From the IMG/VR virus record IMGVR_UViG_2932987669_000001, positions 20,545-84,544 of that record: DNA of 64,000 nt. One strand, written 5' to 3'. Both the position numbers and the translations under genes were made by a program. Under the pieces are notes generated by a model. It saw nothing but the letters and a program-made list of their open reading frames with translations. It was not told where the DNA came from and searched no databases. This stretch comes from a virus. Shown here piece after piece: positions 9,526 through 18,230 of this stretch; the first letter of the stretch is position 1, and every line of letters begins with the position of its first letter.

Positions 9526-11025
9526 TTGCAGCAGACCGAGTCATCCCCACAATATATCCTCACAACAACTGGAATCCCGACCCAGCCACTGGCCACGGCG
9601 GCGGCGTTAGACGCGTCCGCTTTCGCTGCGGTCACTGCCGACGATGGGATCCCTACAACGTGGGAGGACCGGGCCAAACAGGCGTGGACCTACTACCTGG
9701 AAGAGCCGATCGTCAAAAACGCGATCAACTCGTGGCGGACCTTCGCGGTCGGTGAGGAAATCAAAATCACGTCCGAGGACGACAACCTAAAGGCCGAGGC
9801 CACCGATATGGCCCGGCGGCTGAACCTTTCCAGTTGGATCAAGGACATGGTGCTTCAGATGCTGGTCAAGGGCGACGCGGTCGGGTTCAAAAAAGCCGGG
9901 CAAGGCGACGTATTGGAAGAACTAGTCTCGGTCAATCCGGTTTCGGTCAAGGTGAAGTACGTCCAAGGCCAGCTCGTCGAAGCCAAGCAGCACTCCGAAA
10001 ATCCCGGAACCGCCGACGTGCTGGACTTGCCCGTCGACCAGGTGCTGCACCTGAAATGGGACGCGCCGGGATTCAGTCCACGCGGCAATTCCATGGTGCT
10101 GCCCGCCTTCCAGAGCATCGAGCTATTGTGGGACTACCGCAAAGCCGAGCGGGCCATCGCCAAGCGCTGGGCCACGCCGTTTCGCCTGCTCAAGGTCGGC
10201 GGCTCGTTCGGGCCCAAGCTCGTCATGCCCGATCAGAAAATGCTCGAAACGGTGCGGGACATGGTGAACCGGATGGATATGAAATCCGGCCTGGTCGTTC
10301 CATTCTACGTGAATGTGGAGACGCACGGCACCGAAGGCAGCGTGCTCAACGCGGAAGAGAAGGTTCGCGAAGTCAAAGAGGACATCATGATCGCGTTGGG
10401 CCTGAGCAAGAGCCTCGTCTCAGGCGACGGGCCGAACTTCGCCACGGCTTCGGTCAGCTTGCAAAAAATGCTGATCATGATCCGCGAAATCAAGCACGCG
10501 GCGCTGCGAATGCTCCACTGGGTTTTTGACGACTGGCTACAGGCGCGGGGCCAAAAACGTGGTGCGATCCAGTTTCTGTTCAACGACCTGGACCCGAGCG
10601 ACGCGGTCGATTTCAAGCGCCTGCTGTTGGAGCTTTACGATCGAAACCTGATCAGCCGGGCAAGCCTGCAAACCAAGATGGACCTGGATCCCGACTTCGA
10701 GAAGGCCAACCAAGAAGCCGAGCAGGTGCGGGTTTCCATCGCAGACGACCGGCAGGTGGGCAACATCCTCGGCATGGTGGCCGCAGGCATCATGGGGCCC
10801 GAAACGGCGCAGGAGCTGCTCGGCCTTGATCCAGGGAAAAATCCGACGGGGATCAGCCGCGCTGAATCCGATTGGGGCGGGCTGAATGCTGCCGGGAGGC
10901 ATCACGACGAATTATGTGATGCCTGTGGTCATTTCGATGCAGACGAAAGCCGGTGCCGTGTCCACCAGAGCGACCGGACCTTTGATGAATTCGCCTGCCG
11001 CTTTTTCGAACGGTGTGTGGTCTAA
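9526..11025 (+). CDS. Portal protein with Cys/His-rich C-terminal extension
   Basis: AGGAGG RBS and TTG start; ~500 aa; position before head genes; portal-like YYxEEPIVKNAIN, PRGxSxV...A and G-L-S...G-xGPNFAT segments. Confidence 0.8.
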   Translation: MQQTESSPQYILTTTGIPTQPLATAAALDASAFAAVTADDGIPTTWEDRAKQAWTYYLEEPIVKNAINSWRTFAVGEEIKITSEDDNLKAEATDMARRLNLSSWIKDMVLQMLVKGDAVGFKKAGQGDVLEELVSVNPVSVKVKYVQGQLVEAKQHSENPGTADVLDLPVDQVLHLKWDAPGFSPRGNSMVLPAFQSIELLWDYRKAERAIAKRWATPFRLLKVGGSFGPKLVMPDQKMLETVRDMVNRMDMKSGLVVPFYVNVETHGTEGSVLNAEEKVREVKEDIMIALGLSKSLVSGDGPNFATASVSLQKMLIMIREIKHAALRMLHWVFDDWLQARGQKRGAIQFLFNDLDPSDAVDFKRLLLELYDRNLISRASLQTKMDLDPDFEKANQEAEQVRVSIADDRQVGNILGMVAAGIMGPETAQELLGLDPGKNPTGISRAESDWGGLNAAGRHHDELCDACGHFDADESRCRVHQSDRTFDEFACRFFERCVV

Positions 11026-11035
11026 GGTGGCAACC

Positions 11036-12532
11036 ATGCAGACACACGCCACGCAGGCCGAAAGTATTCTGGCCAAGCGCATCCGCCTGGCCACCGAGCG
11101 AAGCACACAGACTCGAAACCGATATACGGAGCAGGCCATTCGCGAATTGACCGAGGTGCTGGACCAGGCCGAGCAAAACGTCAAAAAGGCGATTACCCGG
11201 TATGCGAGCCTGGGTTCCCTGCCGGACAACAAACTCAAGGCCCGCGACGGTCTGGAACGATTGCAGGCCGATATCCAGGAAACCATGCGCGAGCTGAAGA
11301 AGGCGCAAACCTTGCGGTTCCGACGTTCGGTCAAGGACGCTTTCAAGCTCGGGATTCAGGGCGGCGTTGACGAGCTGGTCGAAGCGCGCTGGCCGGGCTG
11401 GTCGCTTGATGCGGAAGGAGTCCAATCACTGGCCAGGGACGCCTTCACCCTGATCGACCGTGATGCCTTAGACTTCATGGTCAATTACAGCCTGGTACTC
11501 GCCGGTGACGTCCAGCGAGAGCTGTCGGGCGGGATCAAGCGCACCATCCTGAGCGGGATCACCACCGGCAAGGGACCAAACGACATCGTCCGAGATCTCG
11601 GTCGGGTTGTCCAAGATCCCGAATCGTTTCGACATGCGGGCAGCCGGGTCTTTTCAAAAGCCCAGTACCGAATGGAAGTGATCGCGCGGACGGAAGTGCT
11701 GCGTGCCCACAACCAAGGCCGAATGAAATTCCACCGCGAGGTGGGTGTCCAGCGCCTCGAATGGCTGACCATGGCAGACGAACGGACCTGTCCGGTTTGC
11801 GGCCCACTGGACGGGAAGGTGTTCCCGATCGACAGGTTCCCGCAGATCCCACGACATCCACAGTGCCGCTGCGGCAGTATTGTGGCCCTCCCGATCGAAC
11901 TGCTTGCGCCACAACAGATCCGAGACCAGGCCAGATCTAAAACCCGCCGAAAACGGGAAGCCAAGCTGGCGTTCGAGGCCGGTGGAAAGGCCGACCTGGC
12001 CAGCCTGACGTATCGCCAACTCGCCGATCTGAGCCAGGAGCACGGCGTGTCGCGGTCGCGAACCAAACGGGAGCTGGTCAGACTGCTCGATCAGGCCGAA
12101 CCGGGCATTGATCACGGTGAACTCAGCGGGGCAGCCTTGAGGGCCAAGCTGGCCCAGCACGGGATCGGACGGAAGCGATCCAAAACCGAGTTGGCGAATC
12201 TGCTCGCCAGAAAGCAGGCCGCGTTGCTGGAAGCCCGAAAGGAAGTCGAGACGATCCGCGCGAATCCGAAATCCAAGCTGTGGGAACTCACCGTGAACGA
12301 GCTCCAGGGTCTCGCCAAAAAACGCGGCATCTCGACCTACCTGTCGCGGGCCGAAGTGATCGAACTCCTCGACGAGCGGGACCCAGGACGTAACCATGTG
12401 GCCCTGACCGGCAAGGAGCTGGCCGAAGCGAAGAAACGCTTTCAACTGGGTCGCCACAAGACCAAATCATTATTGATCCGGGCCTTGGAAAAGCAGGCAG
12501 GCTTGCAGCTCGCGGAGGACCTTTTGGCCTAA
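11036..12532 (+). CDS. Minor head protein (Mu gpF / SPP1 gp7-like) with four C-terminal HEH/Rho-N-like repeats
   Basis: ARTE...AHNQG...WLTMADERTCPVC...HPQCRC signature; ATG 11036 after the portal stop with AAGGTGG RBS. Confidence 0.85.
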   Translation: MQTHATQAESILAKRIRLATERSTQTRNRYTEQAIRELTEVLDQAEQNVKKAITRYASLGSLPDNKLKARDGLERLQADIQETMRELKKAQTLRFRRSVKDAFKLGIQGGVDELVEARWPGWSLDAEGVQSLARDAFTLIDRDALDFMVNYSLVLAGDVQRELSGGIKRTILSGITTGKGPNDIVRDLGRVVQDPESFRHAGSRVFSKAQYRMEVIARTEVLRAHNQGRMKFHREVGVQRLEWLTMADERTCPVCGPLDGKVFPIDRFPQIPRHPQCRCGSIVALPIELLAPQQIRDQARSKTRRKREAKLAFEAGGKADLASLTYRQLADLSQEHGVSRSRTKRELVRLLDQAEPGIDHGELSGAALRAKLAQHGIGRKRSKTELANLLARKQAALLEARKEVETIRANPKSKLWELTVNELQGLAKKRGISTYLSRAEVIELLDERDPGRNHVALTGKELAEAKKRFQLGRHKTKSLLIRALEKQAGLQLAEDLLA

Positions 12533-12552
12533 ACGATCCTTTTTTCGAAAAT

Positions 12553-12594
12553 GTGGTCCGGTTTGCCTCACGGATCTGTAGTTAGTCCTCAACC
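12553..12594 (+). promoter_or_regulatory. Bipartite late-promoter-like motif, copy 2 (before MTase-protease-scaffold)
   Basis: GGTCCG-N15-CTGTAGTTAGTCCTCAACC. Confidence 0.75.
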
Positions 12595-12628
12595 CGACAT
12601 GGGCAGCACACCAACCAGGGGACGAACT

Positions 12629-14992
12629 GTGGAACTCATGCAAACGGACCTGGATCGCATCCAGTTCCTTCTCGAAACGGAGGCGGGCCTTACCCTCGGC
12701 GAGGACCTTCGCACCGAAGGCAAAGCCGAAGAGGGCGAGCGTCCCGCCTACAAAACCAGTTACTTGGGAAGCAAACAGAAACTCGTCGACTGGATCTGGA
12801 AGCACACACCGGACGGCGTCAAAATCGTCTTCGATGCGTTTGCCGGGTCCGCCGCTGTCGGCTACATGTACAAGACCAAGGGCCTGCAGGTCATCGCCAG
12901 CGATCGTCTGCGGATCAGCTATCACATGGCCCGCGCGATCATCGAGAACCAGAAAACGCGCCTCTCGGATGAAGACGTGGCCATGCTGCTGGCGGCCAAC
13001 GCGGACGCCGGAACCTTCGTTCGTAATCACTTCAAAGGGATGTACTTCAACAAGGGCGTCCACGAGCGCATCGACACGATCCGATCCAACATCGACAAGC
13101 TAAAGGGCTACAAAAAGGATCTGGCCCTCTTCGCGTTGGTCCGAACCTGCATGCTGGGCACCGACCACGGGCACTTCGGCAGTCGGACGCCGGACTCGCG
13201 TCTGGTGCTCAATGCGAAGGCGTTCGACGAAGGCTTCCAGCGGTTCGTGAAACGGATCAACCAGTTGGTCTTCGACAACGGTCAAGACAACAGGGTGATC
13301 CAGGGCGACATCGAGTCCGTGTTGCCGCAGGTCAAGGCGGACCTGGTCTATTTCGACCCGCCCTATGCGACCGAGTTCAGTGCGGCCAATTACACGGCCG
13401 TGTACCACTTTGTCGAAGGCTTGATGACCTATTGGAAAGGGATGGCGCTTCGCGATACGGCCCTAAAAACCTTCGAGACCGACCACAAGGCGATCAGCCC
13501 GAAAACAGCTCCGGCATTCTTCGAGAAGTTCCTGGGCGCGGCCCAGCACATTCCCATCTGGTTGATCAGCTACCGCGATAAGGCGTTCCCCAACGAGTCG
13601 CAAATGCGCGGCATTTTCGCCAAGCTGGGTCGCACGTCCACCATGCGGTCGAAGGATCACAAGTACAACCTCTTCAACAAGCGGGCCTCCGATGCGAACC
13701 AACCGAAGGAACGGCTGTTCCTGGCGACCCGAGACTCGGCCAAGTCGAAAGCCGACGTCGAAATCATCCAACTCGACGGGAACGGGCACGAGGAGGAACC
13801 GCAGACTGCCGCATGCCACACGGAATTCCCGGTTGAGATCGAGCTAATTCCCAACGCGCCGCTCAAAACCTCGGCGGAACAGCAGTCCCCTCTCGGTGAC
13901 CCTCAGTTCCGGTGTGTCTTGTGCCGGGTTGGAACAAACAAGAACGGCGACCACTTCAGCCACGCGGAACTGTCGACCCGCTACACCACGGCCATCAACA
14001 AGAAGGTCGACCTGAAACACAGCCAGGAATTCGACGACATCGTCGGCGGCATCATCGGTTCGGACTTCGTGGAAGACGACCAAGGCGCCCGTGTGGAAGT
14101 CGTCGGCGAGCTCTACCTGGCCGAGAGCGCCCACGCCGCGCTGGCCTACAAGCTGATGAAGCGCGGCATCGTCCGCCAGGTGTCGATGGAGTGCGACTAC
14201 GCCGAGGGAGAGTGCTCGGTCTGTCACAAGCGGTTCGGCTCCAAGGCCAACTATTGCATTCACTTGGCCAAGTTCAAGGGCGCGCAGTTTCAGGGTCAGC
14301 CGGTTTACGAAATTCTACACGGCGTCACCTTCACTGGCCTCGGCCTGCTCGACCGGAAGGGCGCCGACGAAAACGCCAAGATCACCCAGGTCGGGTCCGA
14401 ACAATCGGGATTCGATCGCCAACCCTCCCAAGGAGAAGACATGGAAGACAAAGCGAAGGACCATGCCGAAGCCGCCAAAGACCCCGGAGACGGCGGTGGT
14501 GGGGGCACCGGTCAACCTGAATCCTTGGAGCAGCAGAACCGAGCGCTCCAGGAAGAGAACAAGAAACTCAAACAGCAGGTTCAGGAACTTACCAAGCGGA
14601 TTGAAGAGCTCGAAGCCGAGCAAAAGGCGGCGGCCAATCGGGTCCGCGCCGAGAAGCTGCTGGCGCAATACGCGAAGAAAGGTGTGTCCTTTTCCACCGA
14701 CGAAGCGCGCAAAAAGGAGCTCGATCGGCTGGCGGGCCTCTCGGATGAAGCCTTCGCCGCGACCGAGGCCGCTTTGGCAGTTCTCCCGGAACCGTCGGTG
14801 CCCAAAGCAGAAAAGGAGCCCGAAAAGGCCAAGACGGAAGCGCCGAAAGCGGCAGCCAACCTGAGTACCGAAGCCCAGGTGCGACCGCACGACGTGGACG
14901 ACACACCTGCATCCCTCGAAGACGAACTCACCCAAGGCTTCATGGCCGCGTACCGAGAACGGCTCGGCTTTACCGCCAGCGGTTCCTCTTAA
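12629..14992 (+). CDS. Fusion: D12-class DNA adenine methyltransferase + prohead protease-like domain + coiled-coil scaffold
   Basis: MTase: YLGSKQKL, FDAFAGS (12830), DPPY (13355), KERLF. Protease-like: GTNKNGD...VDLKH...VSMEC...CSVC...GVTFTGLGLL (~13890-14395). Charged coiled-coil C-terminus. Single uninterrupted ORF; GTG 12629 with GGGGA RBS (ATG 12638 alternative). Confidence 0.85.
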   Translation: MELMQTDLDRIQFLLETEAGLTLGEDLRTEGKAEEGERPAYKTSYLGSKQKLVDWIWKHTPDGVKIVFDAFAGSAAVGYMYKTKGLQVIASDRLRISYHMARAIIENQKTRLSDEDVAMLLAANADAGTFVRNHFKGMYFNKGVHERIDTIRSNIDKLKGYKKDLALFALVRTCMLGTDHGHFGSRTPDSRLVLNAKAFDEGFQRFVKRINQLVFDNGQDNRVIQGDIESVLPQVKADLVYFDPPYATEFSAANYTAVYHFVEGLMTYWKGMALRDTALKTFETDHKAISPKTAPAFFEKFLGAAQHIPIWLISYRDKAFPNESQMRGIFAKLGRTSTMRSKDHKYNLFNKRASDANQPKERLFLATRDSAKSKADVEIIQLDGNGHEEEPQTAACHTEFPVEIELIPNAPLKTSAEQQSPLGDPQFRCVLCRVGTNKNGDHFSHAELSTRYTTAINKKVDLKHSQEFDDIVGGIIGSDFVEDDQGARVEVVGELYLAESAHAALAYKLMKRGIVRQVSMECDYAEGECSVCHKRFGSKANYCIHLAKFKGAQFQGQPVYEILHGVTFTGLGLLDRKGADENAKITQVGSEQSGFDRQPSQGEDMEDKAKDHAEAAKDPGDGGGGGTGQPESLEQQNRALQEENKKLKQQVQELTKRIEELEAEQKAAANRVRAEKLLAQYAKKGVSFSTDEARKKELDRLAGLSDEAFAATEAALAVLPEPSVPKAEKEPEKAKTEAPKAAANLSTEAQVRPHDVDDTPASLEDELTQGFMAAYRERLGFTASGSS
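14441..14992 (+). CDS. Nested in-frame scaffold protein (internal start)
   Basis: AAGGAG 5 nt before in-frame ATG 14441, exactly at the protease/coiled-coil boundary. Confidence 0.6.
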   Translation: MEDKAKDHAEAAKDPGDGGGGGTGQPESLEQQNRALQEENKKLKQQVQELTKRIEELEAEQKAAANRVRAEKLLAQYAKKGVSFSTDEARKKELDRLAGLSDEAFAATEAALAVLPEPSVPKAEKEPEKAKTEAPKAAANLSTEAQVRPHDVDDTPASLEDELTQGFMAAYRERLGFTASGSS

Positions 14993-15005
14993 AGGAGATT
15001 TGTGC

Positions 15006-15368
15006 ATGCCATTTATCTACACGAGCCACCAGAGCCTGTCCTACGGCGACGGCTACCTGCAGGCCGAAGGGCAGACCGGCCAGGTGGTGCGCCTGGTCGG
15101 GAATGATCTGTTCGCGGTCAACACCGACCCCACCGAGAAATCGTTCGGCATCCTCATCCGAGACTACAAAGCAGGCGACATGCCGGGCATTTACTGCAAC
15201 GGCGGGGTGCTGACCACGGATGTGTACGAGGGCTCCCCTGCGGCGGGCGACGAGCTCAAGGTATCCAGCCAAGGGTACCTGACGCCAGGGCCGCAAGCGG
15301 GCGAACAGGTGATCGGCCAGGTCATTTCGGCCGATGGCGGCATTCTTAAATTCAAGCTGCTGGTATAG
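15006..15368 (+). CDS. Head decoration / capsid cement protein
   Basis: ~120 aa beta-rich, Gly-rich protein between scaffold and capsid; AAGGAG RBS. Confidence 0.65.
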   Translation: MPFIYTSHQSLSYGDGYLQAEGQTGQVVRLVGNDLFAVNTDPTEKSFGILIRDYKAGDMPGIYCNGGVLTTDVYEGSPAAGDELKVSSQGYLTPGPQAGEQVIGQVISADGGILKFKLLV

Positions 15369-15378
15369 GGAGGATTCT

Positions 15379-16245
15379 TTGATTGGAACACAGGGGTTGG
15401 CCGCAGGCTCCCAGAACTTCATGGCCGCCATGGCCGCGTTGATGCGACAGGCACTGGAATCACCGGAAGGGATGCGCGCTTTGGCGGCGGCGATTGCCAA
15501 GCCCATCGAAACCGAGATCAAGCGCAAGGAGATCAGCTCGCTGTTGCTGACCCGGCACGATCTGCCGAAAGGCGAACGTCCGGTTTACCAAAAGAAGCCC
15601 AAGGTTCGCGCGTTCTGGATCAGTAAGGACGGTGAGGCACAGATGCAGGAGGTCGGTCGGGACGAGATCGAGTTCCCGACGCATCGAATCCACGCCAACC
15701 CGATGGTGGATATCTCCGTGTTGAAGCACGGGAACATCGGGTCCTTGATGGACCTCCAAACGGCTACAGCCGAGCAGATCCGTCGCGAGATCGACAAGCG
15801 GACCATCGACGTGATTTCGAGGGCCGTTCCGGCAGAGAACACTGTCACGGTTGCGGGGAGCACCTTGACTGAGGCTGCGCTGAACGAGGCGATGAGCATC
15901 ATCGAGGATCTGGAATTGACGGTGAAGTTCATCCTCCTGCGCGGTCGTCGTTTCAACGACCTTCGCGGTTGGAACCTGGACCCCGAAACCAAGCTGGAGC
16001 TGCGTCAGAAGGGCATCATCAAGAACTACGGGACAGCGTCGATTCTTACGACGTCCGCAGCCCCGATGGACGAGATCATCCTGATCCCGGATCAGGAGGT
16101 CGGCAAAATGCCCGTGCGCGAGAAGTTGATGGTCGACTCCATCGAGCAGAAGGGCCGCTTCAAGACCGGCTGGCTGGTGTGGCAGGAGCTGGGCCAGGGG
16201 ATCACCCGGCCCGACCTGCTGGCCAAGATCAGACTGCAAGGATGA
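15379..16245 (+). CDS. Major capsid protein (HK97-like fold expected)
   Basis: TTG start with GGGAGG RBS; ~290 aa; canonical position after scaffold and decoration genes. Confidence 0.75.
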   Translation: MIGTQGLAAGSQNFMAAMAALMRQALESPEGMRALAAAIAKPIETEIKRKEISSLLLTRHDLPKGERPVYQKKPKVRAFWISKDGEAQMQEVGRDEIEFPTHRIHANPMVDISVLKHGNIGSLMDLQTATAEQIRREIDKRTIDVISRAVPAENTVTVAGSTLTEAALNEAMSIIEDLELTVKFILLRGRRFNDLRGWNLDPETKLELRQKGIIKNYGTASILTTSAAPMDEIILIPDQEVGKMPVREKLMVDSIEQKGRFKTGWLVWQELGQGITRPDLLAKIRLQG

Positions 16246-16256
16246 GGAGGTGTGCC

Positions 16257-16550
16257 TTGAAAACGTTCAAAAGCACGTGCTCGGGCATCTTGATCGTGCC
16301 GGAAGCGAACTTGCGCCTGTCGCCTGGTGAATCGTTCATCTGCGATCAGGTCTCCAAAGAGGTTGCGGCGGCCGTCGCCAAAGGGCTCCTGGTCGCGGTA
16401 GAGCCGAACGCTGGGCAAGCCGATCCCGAAACGGAACCTCGCCCAGCCAAGGAGATCCGCGAATTGGAGCCCGGCTTGAATGCGCCACGCCCGCGGGGCC
16501 GACCCCGGAAAGTGAGAACTCCCGAGGAGCAGTCGGGTGCCGCTGACTGA
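16257..16550 (+). CDS. Small hypothetical head-completion-region protein
   Basis: GAGGAGG RBS, TTG start; basic tail PRPRGRPRK. Confidence 0.6.
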   Translation: MKTFKSTCSGILIVPEANLRLSPGESFICDQVSKEVAAAVAKGLLVAVEPNAGQADPETEPRPAKEIRELEPGLNAPRPRGRPRKVRTPEEQSGAAD

Positions 16551-16995
16551 CCTGATCAGCACCCTTAGCCTGGACCTTGGGGACCCAGACGGGCACCTGT
16601 TCACGGAGGAATCCCTGAGCAGGTGCCTGCTCAAAGGCTTGTTCCCACTAAGCCGCGACCTCGCCGTGACCTATCGAGTGGTGGACGATGAGATCCAACC
16701 CGAGCTGGGCGGCGAGGCTCGTGAGCTGTTGCTGCTGCTCGGCCAGATCCATGCGTGCCAATTGATGCGGGCATCAACCGCCAACGGCTTCTCGTTCTCG
16801 TCGGGCGACAAGCGGGTGGACAAAAGCAAGCAACCGGAGCACTGGGCCAAGTTGGAAGCGGATCTCAAGCAGCAATACAAACAGCGATTCGCGGTCCTTC
16901 AATCGGACGGCGGGTCGGCGTCAACGGATGACGAGGTGCTGTTGACGCCAGGTTTGGTCCGACCCGTGGTGTACGAGCAAGGGAGCGAGGTGTGA
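16537..16995 (+). CDS. Putative head-tail adaptor
   Basis: Position after capsid; helical ~150 aa; ends with FSFSSGDKRVDKS-like segment. Confidence 0.6.
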   Translation: MPLTDLISTLSLDLGDPDGHLFTEESLSRCLLKGLFPLSRDLAVTYRVVDDEIQPELGGEARELLLLLGQIHACQLMRASTANGFSFSSGDKRVDKSKQPEHWAKLEADLKQQYKQRFAVLQSDGGSASTDDEVLLTPGLVRPVVYEQGSEV

Positions 16996-17345
16996 CGGTG
17001 TTGACCGAGGTGGAAAAGGCGAGCGTCGCGCGCGATGTCCGGGATCTGATCGAGGGGTCCGGGCAAAGGGCGACGCTGCTGCGCGTCACTGGGGCCAAGC
17101 TATATGGCTCGGACGACCAGGCCACCGAGCCGATCGGGGAGATCCCAATCGAGCTGGTCGAAACGCCTTCGGTTAACCTGTCGGACAACGTGGACGCGAC
17201 GGGGCATGTCCTGCCGGAAGCGGACGTCCGTCCCACGGATCGCATCCGTCTGGCCGGCGCCACCTATCGGGTTCAAACCGTGAAACCTCAGAATCTGTTC
17301 GGCGTGATCACCCACCAGGTGGTCACGTTGATCCATTTACGGTAA
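16992..17345 (+). CDS. Putative head closure (stopper) protein
   Basis: ~117 aa beta-rich, DRIRLAGATYRVQTV; overlaps the previous stop. Confidence 0.6.
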   Translation: MTVLTEVEKASVARDVRDLIEGSGQRATLLRVTGAKLYGSDDQATEPIGEIPIELVETPSVNLSDNVDATGHVLPEADVRPTDRIRLAGATYRVQTVKPQNLFGVITHQVVTLIHLR

Positions 17346-17358
17346 GAGGGGAACGAGG

Positions 17359-17850
17359 ATGGCTGTTAAGCGAACGGGTGATTGGCAGAAGGCCCGCGAG
17401 ATGTTGAGCGACCGCCGGTTGCAGCGCGTTTCTGAAGCGCTGCAGCAGGCCACGCACAAAGCCTCACTGTTGCTGGTGCGGGAAATCAAGCGCGGGATTG
17501 TCGCCCAGGCTCCAGGCGGGAAAGCCTTCGAACCTTTGGCCGAGAGCACCATTAAACGAAAAGGGTCTAGCAAAGCGTTGATCGATACGCCCTTCCTGAT
17601 TCACCAGATCACCCAACGAATCATGAGAGACAAGGCTTTCGTGGGCTTGCTGCGAGGCACCGACCACCCTAATGGCGAAGACCTGGCCAATATCGGCGCC
17701 GTGATGGAATTCGGGGCGACCATCAATCACCCCAATGGAGCCACGATCATCATTCCACCAAGACCGTTCCTGCATCCGGTGATGGAGAAGTATCGGGATG
17801 ACATCAGATTTTTTTATTCCTGCGCTTTACAGAGGATCCTGGGTTATTGA
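17359..17850 (+). CDS. Neck / virion morphogenesis protein
   Basis: PLAESTIKRKGSSKALIDT, MEFGATI, IIIPPRPFL motifs of Mu gpG/HK97 gp10-like proteins. Confidence 0.75.
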   Translation: MAVKRTGDWQKAREMLSDRRLQRVSEALQQATHKASLLLVREIKRGIVAQAPGGKAFEPLAESTIKRKGSSKALIDTPFLIHQITQRIMRDKAFVGLLRGTDHPNGEDLANIGAVMEFGATINHPNGATIIIPPRPFLHPVMEKYRDDIRFFYSCALQRILGY

Positions 17851-17871
17851 CGATCACGAGGTGGCAGGAGC

Positions 17872-17900
17872 TTGACTCTTACGATTGTAGGATCTAGAAT
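17872..17900 (+). promoter_or_regulatory. Sigma70-type promoter of the PadR cargo operon
   Basis: TTGACT-N17-TAGAAT; near-palindrome TACGATTGTA in the spacer (possible operator). Confidence 0.7.
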
Positions 17901-17936
17901 GGGTATGCTTGAGTCGTACAAAAGCAGGAGTGACAA

Positions 17937-18230
17937 ATGCTACCAGACTTATCAAACAAGGAACACTTAATATTGGGCCTCCTGGTTACTCACGGACAGC
18001 TATATGGCTTAGAGCTGGTCAAAAAATCTGAGGGGCAATTAAAACGGGGCACAGTTTATACAACTTTAAGCCGGATGATTGATAAAGGGTATTTGAATTT
18101 TTCTGTCGAAGAAAATGCTACTCATTCCGGTCTCCCCCGGCGAAAATATTCTCTAACAGGACATGGTCGCAAAGTGTTTGAGGAGTTCAATGTATATGCT
18201 GCAAGCTTTGTAAAGGGGTTTGCCATATGA
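17937..18230 (+). CDS. PadR family transcriptional regulator
   Basis: LYGLEL...GTVYTTLSRMIDKGYL...RRKYSLTGHG winged-helix signature; AGGAG RBS. Confidence 0.9.
   Translation: MLPDLSNKEHLILGLLVTHGQLYGLELVKKSEGQLKRGTVYTTLSRMIDKGYLNFSVEENATHSGLPRRKYSLTGHGRKVFEEFNVYAASFVKGFAI

Noticed and set aside
10886-11035. Longer N-terminus of the MuF ORF overlapping the portal
   Set aside because: ATG 11036 has an RBS and follows the portal stop; the extension is portal-coding sequence in another frame.
12551-12628. ORF-track start of the MTase fusion at 12551
   Set aside because: Overlaps the promoter motif and has no RBS; GTG 12629 or ATG 12638 fits better.
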